This document shows positions 11,946 to 22,700 of a DNA stretch of 46,224 bases, in pieces. The notes below the pieces were generated by a model, which worked only from the letters and a program-made list of their open reading frames with translations, ran no database searches and had not been told where the DNA came from. The stretch is taken from positions 1-46,224 of the forward strand of contig DF237602.1 in NCBI GenBank assembly GCA_000708835.1, in the 5' to 3' direction. Every line of letters starts with the position of its first letter. Position 1 is the first letter of the stretch. A program made the translations under genes and the position numbers. Origin of the DNA: Klebsormidium nitens (Eukaryota; Plantae; Klebsormidiophyceae).

Positions 11946-12323
11946 GAGAGAAGGCGCTCTACGCAAATACAAGCCCGCAATAAGCAGTGGCCGTCGTTTC
12001 TGCCCGCATCGATCCGCCTCTCTTCAAGAAGAAGCGCCAAATGCTGACTTCTTCAGCTCTCAAGTCTAGGTATGCCATAGTTTCAAACTAGACGCACTCG
12101 ATCGGCTACGTGCGGCGCGGTCGCGTTTCGGTAACGTCACCGGGCAGGGTTTGGGGTTTGTTTTGACGACCCGGCTACACGCGGCCGCCCGGTGACGTGA
12201 CTAAGCGGCCGCGCGCTCGACGGTGGATTGCAAAATCTTAAGTAGAGTCCATGGTAGTAATACAGAAACGTTCAAGTTGTTTGGCAGAGAGAAGGAAACT
12301 GAAGAGGCGCCACTTGAACAGCA
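11946..12323. promoter_or_regulatory. Putative bidirectional promoter of paralogs 3 and 4, with a 12-bp inverted repeat carrying TGACGT motifs
   Basis: 378-bp gap between divergent ATGs; acgtcaccgggc (12134-12145) and gcccggtgacgt (12187-12198); CpG-rich with two GCGGCCGC. Confidence 0.5.
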
Positions 12324-13985
12324 ATGGCCGGCGTCAGGCAATCAGCCGGAGCAACACCAACAGTGCTGACTACTAATCTGACGTCAGTGGAACGCTTCCA
12401 CAGAGTACGTTCAAAGGGGCCTGAGAGTGGCCCCTTGAATAGACAGGGAGCCTTGGTTTCGTGTCAAGGCTTCAGCAAAAAGGCCGCAGCAACATCAGCC
12501 TTTTGCAATCGGCAGAGGCTTGCTCCTTTAGGCAAACCTGGAGGGCTGATTCTTTTGGCTCCTTTTGGCAGTGTTTCCGCTTCAAATTTTAGCGAGCATT
12601 CACTGGAGAAGCAGGCTGATCCAATTTTGGCGCGGCGGTGGAAATCAAGGGGCACTCATGGGTCGTCTGGCGGGAACAACGTTTGTTCAGACACTCCAGA
12701 GGACCAGCAGCCTTCCTCCCCTGTCTCTGCACAGCCTTCCCCAGGAGGACCACCCCCTTCCAATTGGGGCCCCTTTGTCCCGGGCCACCTTTTCTTCATT
12801 GTTTGTCAGATCTTGCTGTTGAATTGGACGAGATTGGACACTTCCGTAATCTTCCTATTAGCATTTTACACGCCGCTTTTGTTCATGGGGATCGCTTATG
12901 GGCTTCAAGAGGATGCTAAAAAGGGACAATTCTTGCCAAGGCAACCGGGTTTGCCCCCACACTGGCACAACTTATACGACCCCACCCAGAACCGGACCTT
13001 CTTCTACAACTCTCGCACCAAAGTTGCTCAGTGGGCGTTGCCCGGTGACCTCATTCACCCCTCCACTGACGTCAGCAGGACGTCAGACGAGCTCCTCGTG
13101 TCTTACTTTCTCCAGGGTGCGAGAGAGCTCGTGGCTTCCATCTTCAAGCTACTTGGAACGGTTGGGTTATACGTCGCTCACGTATTGGAGCTTGCGTGGA
13201 GCATAATGCTGCTTTGGAATATACTCGAGCAATCTTGGGTGCTCCAGGGACTCCTACCGGTCGCTTGTCTCGCCCTGCCTCAACCCCTGCCAGCTGTCAT
13301 CCTGCTCCTCGGAACATTTCCCGTGAGGCTCGTAGTAGATAACGTTTCCGCCCAGTCTCTACGACTCGGTTGGGAAGCCCTCCTGTGCGCGGCGCTCCTT
13401 TTCAGTCTCGTTCCCGAGGTTCGGTCGTTGCTGGCGACTCTGAAGCGGGCGGCTCGAGCCAGGTTGTCGCCGTGCAAAGCAACCGGGGACGTGAAGCTCC
13501 TCACCGACTTCCTCTGCGCTTTGTGCCCTGGGCTCGGCTGGCGGCTCCGCCCGTTCGCTCTCCGTCTCAGCTTCGATCGCTTCGTCCTCGTTCCGCTGCC
13601 CTTCAGAGTTCCGCTTCCGGTTCCGGTCCCCGCCTGGGACCTTCTCCCGAGGTCGGGGGTCGCCGTTCTGCACGGCCTGCCCTTCGTTTTACCCCTGGTA
13701 AAAGCGCTTGTGGCAGCGAGAAAGGGAGACCTGTGGCTCACCCCGGGCGCTTTTGCGAAGTCGGTTATTTTGACGCCGTCTGTTTTGGTGGGCGTCTTTG
13801 CGGCGTTGACGGTGGTTTTCATACGGAGGAAGCGGGAGGCATATGCGATTGCTCTAGAAAGAGTTAAGGGGGCCCAGCTAAAACGAGAGAAGGGGGATGA
13901 GGTGGTGCTCGAAGATCTGGAGACGAAAGTTAAGAGGGACTTCGACGAGAGGCTTGGATTTGGAGACAGTTTATTCTCTATTTAG
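12324..13985 (+). CDS. WW-domain multi-pass membrane protein, paralog 4 (intronless, intact, 553 aa)
   Basis: Single ORF: Ser/Arg/Ala-rich N-terminus, PPSNWGP, hydrophobic segments, WW LPPHWHNLY...FFYNSRTKVAQWALP, LCPGLGWRLRPFA, C-terminal DFDERLG. Confidence 0.9.
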   Translation: MAGVRQSAGATPTVLTTNLTSVERFHRVRSKGPESGPLNRQGALVSCQGFSKKAAATSAFCNRQRLAPLGKPGGLILLAPFGSVSASNFSEHSLEKQADPILARRWKSRGTHGSSGGNNVCSDTPEDQQPSSPVSAQPSPGGPPPSNWGPFVPGHLFFIVCQILLLNWTRLDTSVIFLLAFYTPLLFMGIAYGLQEDAKKGQFLPRQPGLPPHWHNLYDPTQNRTFFYNSRTKVAQWALPGDLIHPSTDVSRTSDELLVSYFLQGARELVASIFKLLGTVGLYVAHVLELAWSIMLLWNILEQSWVLQGLLPVACLALPQPLPAVILLLGTFPVRLVVDNVSAQSLRLGWEALLCAALLFSLVPEVRSLLATLKRAARARLSPCKATGDVKLLTDFLCALCPGLGWRLRPFALRLSFDRFVLVPLPFRVPLPVPVPAWDLLPRSGVAVLHGLPFVLPLVKALVAARKGDLWLTPGAFAKSVILTPSVLVGVFAALTVVFIRRKREAYAIALERVKGAQLKREKGDEVVLEDLETKVKRDFDERLGFGDSLFSI

Positions 13986-15016
13986 ATGAAAACACCAATT
14001 CTGTAGCTCCAGAAATATCTGAGATTGTCAAGGTCGATTGAACGGCAGACACGTGAGTCGTAATTTAGTATTTGGACTCGGTTCTTGGACTTGCACGGCG
14101 GACCGTCGGACTGGAGAATCAGAGATACCGCTTAGTGCGAGCTATGCTTGCATGGTCGTTTTTATATGATCTTAAGCATTTGGTTGATGACCCGGTCGGT
14201 AGCCCCACGGGCTGGACGGTACAGAGACCTCATGTACCAAAATACGCACATGAGAAACGCGGCTCAGTGGTTGAGAATGAATGCAAGCTTTGCTTTTCGA
14301 GCGATGCGCTCACGTGAGTCCGTCAGTGTGGCACGGTGACGGGCGCAGCTAAGTCGTCAGCAGCCGCGCCGCGCATGGAAGTGCCACGTGCTGACTGTGA
14401 TATGTTTGAGAGCTTGCACACACGCGACGTTTAAGTAGCATGGATCAAGATTTACATCCGCAACTGCACACAAATACAGTATTCTCAACATATATGTTTC
14501 CCGGGCTGCCATACATACTCAACGCGTGCATTGTTAAATAGTTTGTTAAGAAAGCTAGAGTTGCTGCATGTACCTGCTAAATGGCATGCGCATAAGGAAT
14601 GCCACAGCAGCACCAAGCCCTCACAATAATGAGACACATGAGCTGGAGATGCGAAACCAGCAGAAATCAGCAACGAATGTTTGGTGTCCTTATGCATCGG
14701 GTCGCCTTTCAATCGCGCTATTGATGACCTGACCGTCGAAGGAGTGCTTTAGGTGCACGTCTTTCAGCCCGGCCCGGCCCAGCGGCGTTGACTACACGGC
14801 CATATTCAATCATAGGTTTCTGATTACACTCTCAGAGATGAACACCTGTAACGTATCTTAATGTCGCTTTGACTCAAGACCGGGACAAATACCTTCCTTA
14901 TAACGGAAACTTTCTGAGAAACCAATCACCTTAGCATGATTCTCTGATCTAAGCGGGCCAGTATCTCAAAGGCAAAGCACTGGCGGACGGACCTCAATTA
15001 CTTCTTTTAGGCGTGC

Positions 15017-18000
15017 CTATGTTTCGGCACCATACTCAACCAGCGTATTGTAGATGACTTCCCGAGAGTCTGCCATTAGTTGGTTTGGGTCCGTGCCCAT
15101 CATTGGCGGATGCACGATGATCTTGACACCGCCCGAATGCAACGAGCCCTCTTGGCCGCTCGGCATTAGCTTGCCGGTGCCGACGAGTGTAATGGGGACG
15201 ATCGGCATCTTTGCTTTGGTGGCTATGCTGAAAGCTCCTTTCTGCAACACACAAAAGATGCGAACAAACATATCAGGCACTTTACATTTATGACCTCAAG
15301 ACCGGAAAACTCAAGATTCCGTGCCTGCAGAAGTGGCTTTGTCCTGCCTAAAGCATCTCAAAAGCGTTGGTCTCTCGTTGATAGCGAGTTAGCGAGAGCA
15401 TCAGCGGACGGGTACGGTGTTTCTCATGTCCTCCGGACCGAAGGAACGTACGCAAACTGTCCGCAAAGTAGATGACAAGGGAACCAACGAGGGCCACTAG
15501 CAACGCGATTCTGAAGTTCTCAACTTTCAGCGTCGTCCCATACGGTTGGCCGAGAGAACAAGGGGACTTATTGTTGACACAAAGCTCCTGTTCAAAAGCT
15601 TAGGAAACCCGTTATTACCATTGCAACACGTTTTCACAGAGCTTGTTGCAGAAGACGTACCTTGAACGGCGCTAGTTTCTGGTCCAGGGAGCGCGTGCCC
15701 TCCGGGAAGAAAATCACGGATCCCCCGTTGTCGAGCATCGTTCGGCACGCCTTGAGGCATTGCTGCACGGGTCGACGGAAACTTGTTGAAAACTTTGTAG
15801 ACATGGGCAGATTGTTCTGGCTGATGGGGTGACGAATACGGCTTGAGTTACATAGAACCAATACAAGTCCCTCGGAGACGACGCTTAAACGGTTTGAACG
15901 TTTTGAGTCCGGCAGTACAGCGATGCATAGCCCTCGTTTTCGACGATAGACTTCGCGTACAGACACCGCAGAACGTGTTCCATGTTTGCAGTCCCTCTTG
16001 ACGTCTGTGCGACCTGTTTCGGATTCTCAAATTCGCTTACGAAGCCGCGGTGGATGCTTCACCCCGTCTTCTCGAAAGCCTTGTGTTGCATCCAGTAAAG
16101 GACGCCGAAGGCCTTTCCCAAGCGGAAAATACAAAAGCGAGCGGTGCGGATCGCTTGCTGTGCTTTTTGAACAACGGCGACGATAAAATAGACAACAACG
16201 CGCAGAACTCAAGGAGATGGTTAGACATCCAGTGTGCACCGCTGAAGGACAATCTGACTATGCACTATAACAGATACATCGGGGACGTTTGCTCAATCTT
16301 GTCGCCCTTCCGTTGCTCTTCTCCCTTTTCCGACTTCTCTCGTTTCCATTCTCCTCTCCGCAGAAGCATGGTGAGGAAGGGGGTTACAACGCCTTCTCGC
16401 CGCTTCGGTTTGTCCGTCCGTTTGCTGAAGCGAGATGTAGCCCCCTTACAGCTTTGGTTTACGACTCCATCAACCGCTGTCATTCGGTTCCAATCCGTTT
16501 TCGCCATTCTTTATCAGGCAAGAATAGTCTTTACCAAGAATTCATGTTTCATCGACGTTCCTTTAGTTTTAGTTTCCTGAAAGTAGGGAGAGCGTCAGTC
16601 TCACCGCTTGACTCCGCGCGTCCATCCGCTTGAGCGGTACTTGGCCCTTTATTCAACTTCCGTTTCCGACACCATGTTTGCAACCGCTTTGTTCGGTTCC
16701 AGCCCGTTCCCGCCACTCATCAGACAGGAATAGGTCCTTCTTTAACGCTTCAAGTTTCATCATTTCAACTCTCTAAAAATTACGCGGAGTGCAGCCTCAC
16801 CGCTTGGCTCCGCGCGTCCATCCGCTTGAGCGGAATGTGCCCCGTCAGGAACATGGACCAGCCGACGATGGGGAGCAGGAAATTGCTTGTTTTCGACACG
16901 AACTTGAAGGGCACCCATAACCGGAACAGCGAGAAGATATCCAGGTAGCTCTGGTGGTTGGCGATGTACACTGCGGGCGTGCCTTTTGGCGGAAGATTTT
17001 CTGCGCCGATGACTTCAATCCTGGATGGAATGGGTTTGAGAGGTGAACAAGAGCACAATGAAGGCGTGCGACTATTTTTCTTTTCCTTCTGCTTGTGCCT
17101 GAGCGGAAATGATCATGGAGAACGCGTTCAAGAAACAAAGAGCGAGAAGTGATTGAGATAGCTCTGGTGGTTGGCGATGTAGACTGCGGGGGTGTCTTTT
17201 GTCGGTTGGTTCATGCGCCGATGACTTCGCATGCACGAGGACCATCCGATGAATACGTATTTCGGTCTCTGCGGTACGAAATTCAACAATCGCAAAACAG
17301 AACATGAGAATAAAGAAGCGTGCAAAATAACCCATAAGAATCCACAGTAACAAAAACAGGTAAGTCAAAGAAGAAGCAACCCGAGAGGCTTACTTGTAAA
17401 AGAGCGCCGTCGTCAGATTAGCCCACAGATTGTTCACGACGTGTAGGCCCCGGCGGCGGTATTTGTCAAAGAGGTACTGGAAGGGGAAGATAACCAGCAT
17501 GACCACAAACAGAGGGATGGCGATGAGCAGCGTTGTGACGTAGAAGAGGATTGCTCGCAGCTTGGACCCAAAAGTCGATTCTGCAAGAGGATGATGAAGG
17601 TGGTGTCAAGGAACATCGAAAAAAGAAGTGAAAGATAAGTGAAAAAGTGCCTTTGAATGGACATGATTGGATTCTGGTCACCGTGTGGTGAATGGAGGCG
17701 TTACAGATGTTTCAAGGCGGTTCGTGATTCGTGTCCCTCCGTCAAACTCGTGTTCGCGTCAACCTGGAACAAACGGGGTGAAACACAGCTCCCATGCCAC
17801 CACTTTGAAAAAGGTGAACCAGAGACTTAGATTCGGTAATTGTCACCCACAAGGAACTGCTGGCGGTACTCGTGATGTGTTGGAATAATAAGTGGTAGTG
17901 TCGAGTATCGGGGTTCAAGGATGTGCCTTTGATTGGTTGATCGTGGGAGAAGTTACTCCGGATGGACCTTGATCACTTCTACGTACGTGGACATGTTGTG

Positions 18001-18918
18001 GATCACTTTGCCTGCTCTGACCACCGACAAGCATCATGTTTCTAGTGGATTCTCCGGCGCACTTTGACACCGGGAGATTGGACCGGCAACTTGGACTATC
18101 TTGTTGTGGACAGTGGTCAAACGCCGCAGCTTTTTTGGTGCACTTTCATATCTTCAAAAGTCATCTTCAGGCCCTGATGTTCCTGTCCAGCAGAATGTTC
18201 GTCCAGTCAGATTGTTGAACGTGCCTTCTTCATTAACACAACTTCCGGTTTTCTTCAGTCTCTCTCGCAGGGCTCCTTTAATACTAGACACGGCCTGCGA
18301 TGCTACGACTTCTCCGGTGCACTTTCTCGCTTCTGTACTTAATCCATAGGCACAGAAGTTCCCCGTCCACAGACATTCACCGGGCCAGCTCTGGAACGAG
18401 CCTTGTTCATTTGCGCAACTTAAAGTTTCTTCGGTCTCTTTGGCGGGCTCTTCTACAAGTTAATCGTAGTGGGCTTCTCTTCTAATCAATCAACAAGTCT
18501 GCGTCCAACAAATCTTTGTCGAGTCAAGCTTTGACATGCTTCGTCGGCGAAGCAACTCACTCTTTTGTTCTTCAGTCTCTTTTGCGGGCTCCTCGACGGG
18601 CGTATCTCCCGCGGCCGTGCCTGCCATTGAGCACACTGGAGCCCCTCTCCTCCCTTTCATTTGCCGGCTCGCAGTCGGAAGCTTGAACCCTTTCAGCCGT
18701 TCTGATTGGCGTCCCGCAACTGATCGACCACCGCACAACCTAGATACCTTGCATCTGCTCTCTCCATGTTGTGACGAATGCAGTGCATTGAAAGCGGAAC
18801 GGCTGGTGGCATCCACAGGAAGATGACCGGACCTTTCACTGCGCTGGCCAAGCTTGGTCCTCTGGACTATTCCCTGAGCAAACGAGCGAACGGCCACACC
18901 GGCAACCGCAGACGCCAT
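15017..18918 (-). CDS. LPAT1: Plastid 1-acyl-sn-glycerol-3-phosphate acyltransferase (exons 18918-18561, 17580-17394, 17020-16801, 15762-15661, 15241-15017; 363 aa)
   Basis: Acyltransferase blocks NHQSYLD, FVSK, FFPEGTRS and PIVP; order and wording match plant plastid LPAT1/ATS2 as I recall it; transit-peptide-like exon 1; all four introns are GT-AG with consistent phases. Confidence 0.93.
16596..16680 (-). repeat. Decayed intronic copy of the 3' end of LPAT1 exon 3, including its donor site
   Basis: ctcaccgcttgactccgcgcgtccatccgcttgagcgg nearly matches 16796-16833; translates GQVPLKRMDARSQA|GTGAG; gtttccgacac near 16662 echoes the KFVSKT segment. Confidence 0.85.
17091..17228 (-). repeat. 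Decayed intronic copy of LPAT1 exon 3 (5' part plus fragments of the 3' part)
   Basis: 17141-17228 aligns with 16928-17016 (EVIGA...TPAVYIANHQSYL) with a 1-nt deletion and a stop; tgagcggaa and catgga near 17100-17119 echo the exon 3' end. Confidence 0.85.
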
Positions 18919-19775
18919 TGCAACGCCGCGTTTCTGCTACACTGTCTTTTCGTTGCGCCTTCCTATTCCAAAGGCTTATGAAAGCAACACAGGAGCAGGA
19001 AAAAGACTTCTTCTCAAGTTTTCCAGAAGACAGAAACACAGCAGCTCAATCAGTACTCCCCAATGGCGCCTACTGAACGTGGAACTTCAGCAGTTGGCCA
19101 CACGACGCTCTTCTGCTTTGCGCCCTCCCTTTTAAATTGAAGTTGAGCACAACAATACTTAGGGCTGCTGCTGGTCACAGTGCTTCCTACGGTAAGTTCC
19201 TTCGGACGTCCAAAATCTTCTGATCCCGGTCGGATTCCAGACCTGTCCCGACCCGGCACTGACCATATAAGGTAAAGTACCGGTAGGCGGAAGTTCCAGC
19301 TACGGTATAGGTAAACCCAGGTAAACCACGTCTAAAATCTGGCTGGACAGCCAATGGCCGGCCGTCCGAATATACCATTGCATTCTGGCCTTGGTTGCCA
19401 CCGTGGCGCCTTGAATCGACACTGACCGTCCGTTCTAGGGTTTGCATCCGAAAAGCTTCGTCGAGTGCCACGCGGCACGTTCTTAGCGGTCCATCGTCCC
19501 AGGATTCGGCTCTGAGCAGTGAGGAGAATCTGCTCAGCATTCTTCCTTTCCTTCTTGCACAAAGCAAACCTGATGTCAACAGTACCGGTACTGACTGAAG
19601 GCGGCAAGGCTGCCTGTCAACAGCGAAGGAAGGCGCCTTCTTCCTTGGTAGCAGCAGGACCCAACTTGAAGTTGCTGCATTTCATGTCTCTGGGAGTGCA
19701 TTGATGCATTTGTAGACCTATCTTGAAGGGCGCTCTCAGCTGTCCGTCGAGGCAAGTTCTGCAGCAAGTTGCGGA

Positions 19776-22700
19776 ATGGTTGCGCAGGCGCTGGCTCGTC
19801 AAGCCAGTGCATCCTTGAAGCTCGGTGCAACCGCGAAGCACACTGCGAATCTTTCCACAGATCTCCTTCCTGCTGCATGTTTTAGATCACAAAAGCTCCG
19901 GCAAGCATCAAAGGTGCAAGGTAGATTTGGTATTACAACATCCGGTGGGGTTCCGTACACGCCTGCTACAAAGAACGACAGTGCCAGAGCTGGACTTAGA
20001 GCATCCGCAGCAACTTTGGATCAAGCAGAGGGTGTCAAGATGGAAACTGGGTATGGGGGCCTCCCGCTCTTGACACCGGAGAGTGTAGATCTGCTGCCTG
20101 TTGATGAAAAGTACTCTTTTGCGGTACTTGGAGATCTGCATCTGGAGCCAGCTCAAATGGGAGTGTGTCATGAGGGCAGGGAACTGATTCTCAAGCAGGT
20201 GAGGTTTCGATAAGCCCCCAAGCGGATTTTCTGACTGCTATCACCAAATGCCTCGAGTTTTAGTGGTGCAGAATCACAGAGCGTGCCGCTTCAAGCTTTG
20301 CATGCTTAAACAGGCTGAAGCCTATTTTAGCAGATGGAAATGTCACAGGCGTGGCCCTAATGCGCGTGCAAGATGCTGCCGAAAACTTGTAGCACACAGC
20401 GAGACTGCGGTCGATCCTTATAGCATCTGATGGTGTCAAAAAAATTCACCATCTGACATGCTTATAGTCCAACTATTTCTGTGTCTCCGCTTTTCTGCGC
20501 TTCGCTCCTCTTTGGAGAAGTTTTCAAAACTACTCTTAAATTTCACCAATATAACCTATTCATTCCCTCCATTTGATGTTGCAGCTCTCAGCAGCTTCTG
20601 GTGAGCTCTTACCTGGCGCTCAGGTGTTTCAGTTGGGAGACTTGGGAGGTTACAGCCACCGGCCAGGCTCTAATAACTGCTTCAATGTGAGTTTCCGAAA
20701 CATGAATGCATTGGTGTGCCTAAAGTGCTTTTTGATGGGTCAACGTCATATCCATGTGCAGGCTAGCGCACATTCTGTGCGTGCTTAAGGTTAGTTGATG
20801 TCTTGCTCCACCGATAGGAATCAAATAAAACAGAACAGCTGCAGCGACACACGCAATGTTGCAACATCTTGCAGAAAGTCTCCACATTCTTTAGAAAGTG
20901 GACACGTGTGGTCGAGCAAGGTTCTAGATAGATACCTTTATGATGTGTTCATTGTGCAGGTCGCCAAGGAATTTTTGGATTCTTTCAAGTTGCCCGTCAA
21001 CATCGTGCTCGGAAACCATGATCTTGAGGGCTTCGATGACTTCCAAACAGATGCGGAGAATCTAGAGGGATGGAGGCAGCGTTTTGGAGAACACTACTGG
21101 ATGCGAGAGATTGGTGAGGACCATCGGAAGGCCGGGAATGAGTGCAGGAAAGATCAGTCTCCTTGTAAATTTGGCGCGGATGCTGTGATCAGACTGTTGT
21201 TCTGGTTGATCATACTTACGATTGAAATGAAGCCAGCGAACCCGGCCACACGTAGCTTGGTATCTAGATTGGCCACGCCGGCATGCTTTGCAGCAGCTAC
21301 TGCATCTGAATCTTGTGTCACTGACAATTTCCAGTTTGTTTCCTTTCCACCGATCATGTGGCACCTCTCACACCAGAAACAACAAGTTCATCAGAAACGC
21401 AAGTTACAACCATACACAATGCTTGTCGCTGTGCAAGCTGTGGCGATTGCCACTGTCGCGATTGGCCTCTTCAGCTCTGACGCCGACCTATGTTTCGTTT
21501 TCAGGACTTTCATTAACACGCCACCAGTCAAAGATATACCATAATAGATTCTCGAACTAAAGAGGTGGCAGTTGGTGATACGACTTTCGGACTTAGCATA
21601 ATGCTTGTCCTACTTTCTGGGTCTAACCGTGGCTTGTCCTTCTGTCTTGCCTGATGTAACCACACCTTCGAAAACGTGTGGCATCACAAAGGATGCCTGT
21701 CATAGCCGCACAGCCTACAGCCGAAGTGCCAAAACCTCAACATTACAAACTTTTGCAGGCAACGGCGCGGCGATTGCAATCGGCATGTCCACGGTGCGCT
21801 TTCGCGACGCCGAGCATAGCTCGCACGAGGTGTATCTAGACCAGGAGCAGGTCAACTGGTTCCGGGAAACGCTCGCGCAGCACGCCGACAAGCCGGTGTT
21901 CGTCTTCACGCACGCGCCCCCGATGGGGTCCAACCTCACGAGCTTGCAGGAGGTGCATGTGCGCAACCGCTGCGCGTGGCTGAACCACAGCGAGCGGCCC
22001 GAGGCGTTCATCGACATTGTGCGGCAGAGCCCACAGGTGAGACTTTTTAGATTCGACTTATAAGAAGAAAAGGTATCTGCAGATGGTTGGATGATTCGTG
22101 GCACTTCAATTCTGGCTGGAAAGGATGAGTGATTGATCCAGAGAGGCAGAGCCCACATCTGAGGCCTTCTTGATGAGGTCGTTGAGAAATTCAGGTATGC
22201 GCAGACCGTTGAAAGTCGGGATTGGCGAGCAAGAGTGAATGGCCGAATGGAAAAGGCATGGCAGTCAGTCATGGAGGCTGTGGGGAAGAAACCGATCTTA
22301 TCTAACCGGAGGAGTAGATGGCAAGACGAAGAAGGACTCAAGACGGCATCAGCTTGAAGCGAATCGAAGTACGAACTCCTTTGTTTGAAGCGGTATTATG
22401 AAAGCATCACGAAGCATCATGAGCATTTCAGGAGGGCATTGTTCGCAGTCTGGAGGCCTTGAAGTATGCTTATGATACCACAGAGTGAGCTATAAGCTTT
22501 AAGGCCCACATTACATGCAATACCTCCCTGCGCATCCCCACCCTTAAGGAATCAGCCAGCTGACGTCAGCAGAAGTCTTTTTCGGTACAGAGTTCAAGCT
22601 GTTGCTGCCATGGCACTGCAGTCGGAGCGCACGGTACTTGTTATGACTCGAGGACCGTCTATCCTTTGAAAGATGACGTCAGCTGACGTCAGCAGATGTT

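Noticed and set aside
15990-16150. Possible further decayed LPAT1 exon copies (SLLYFPLG versus SVIFFPEG)
   Set aside because: Similarity is too short and low to separate from chance by eye.
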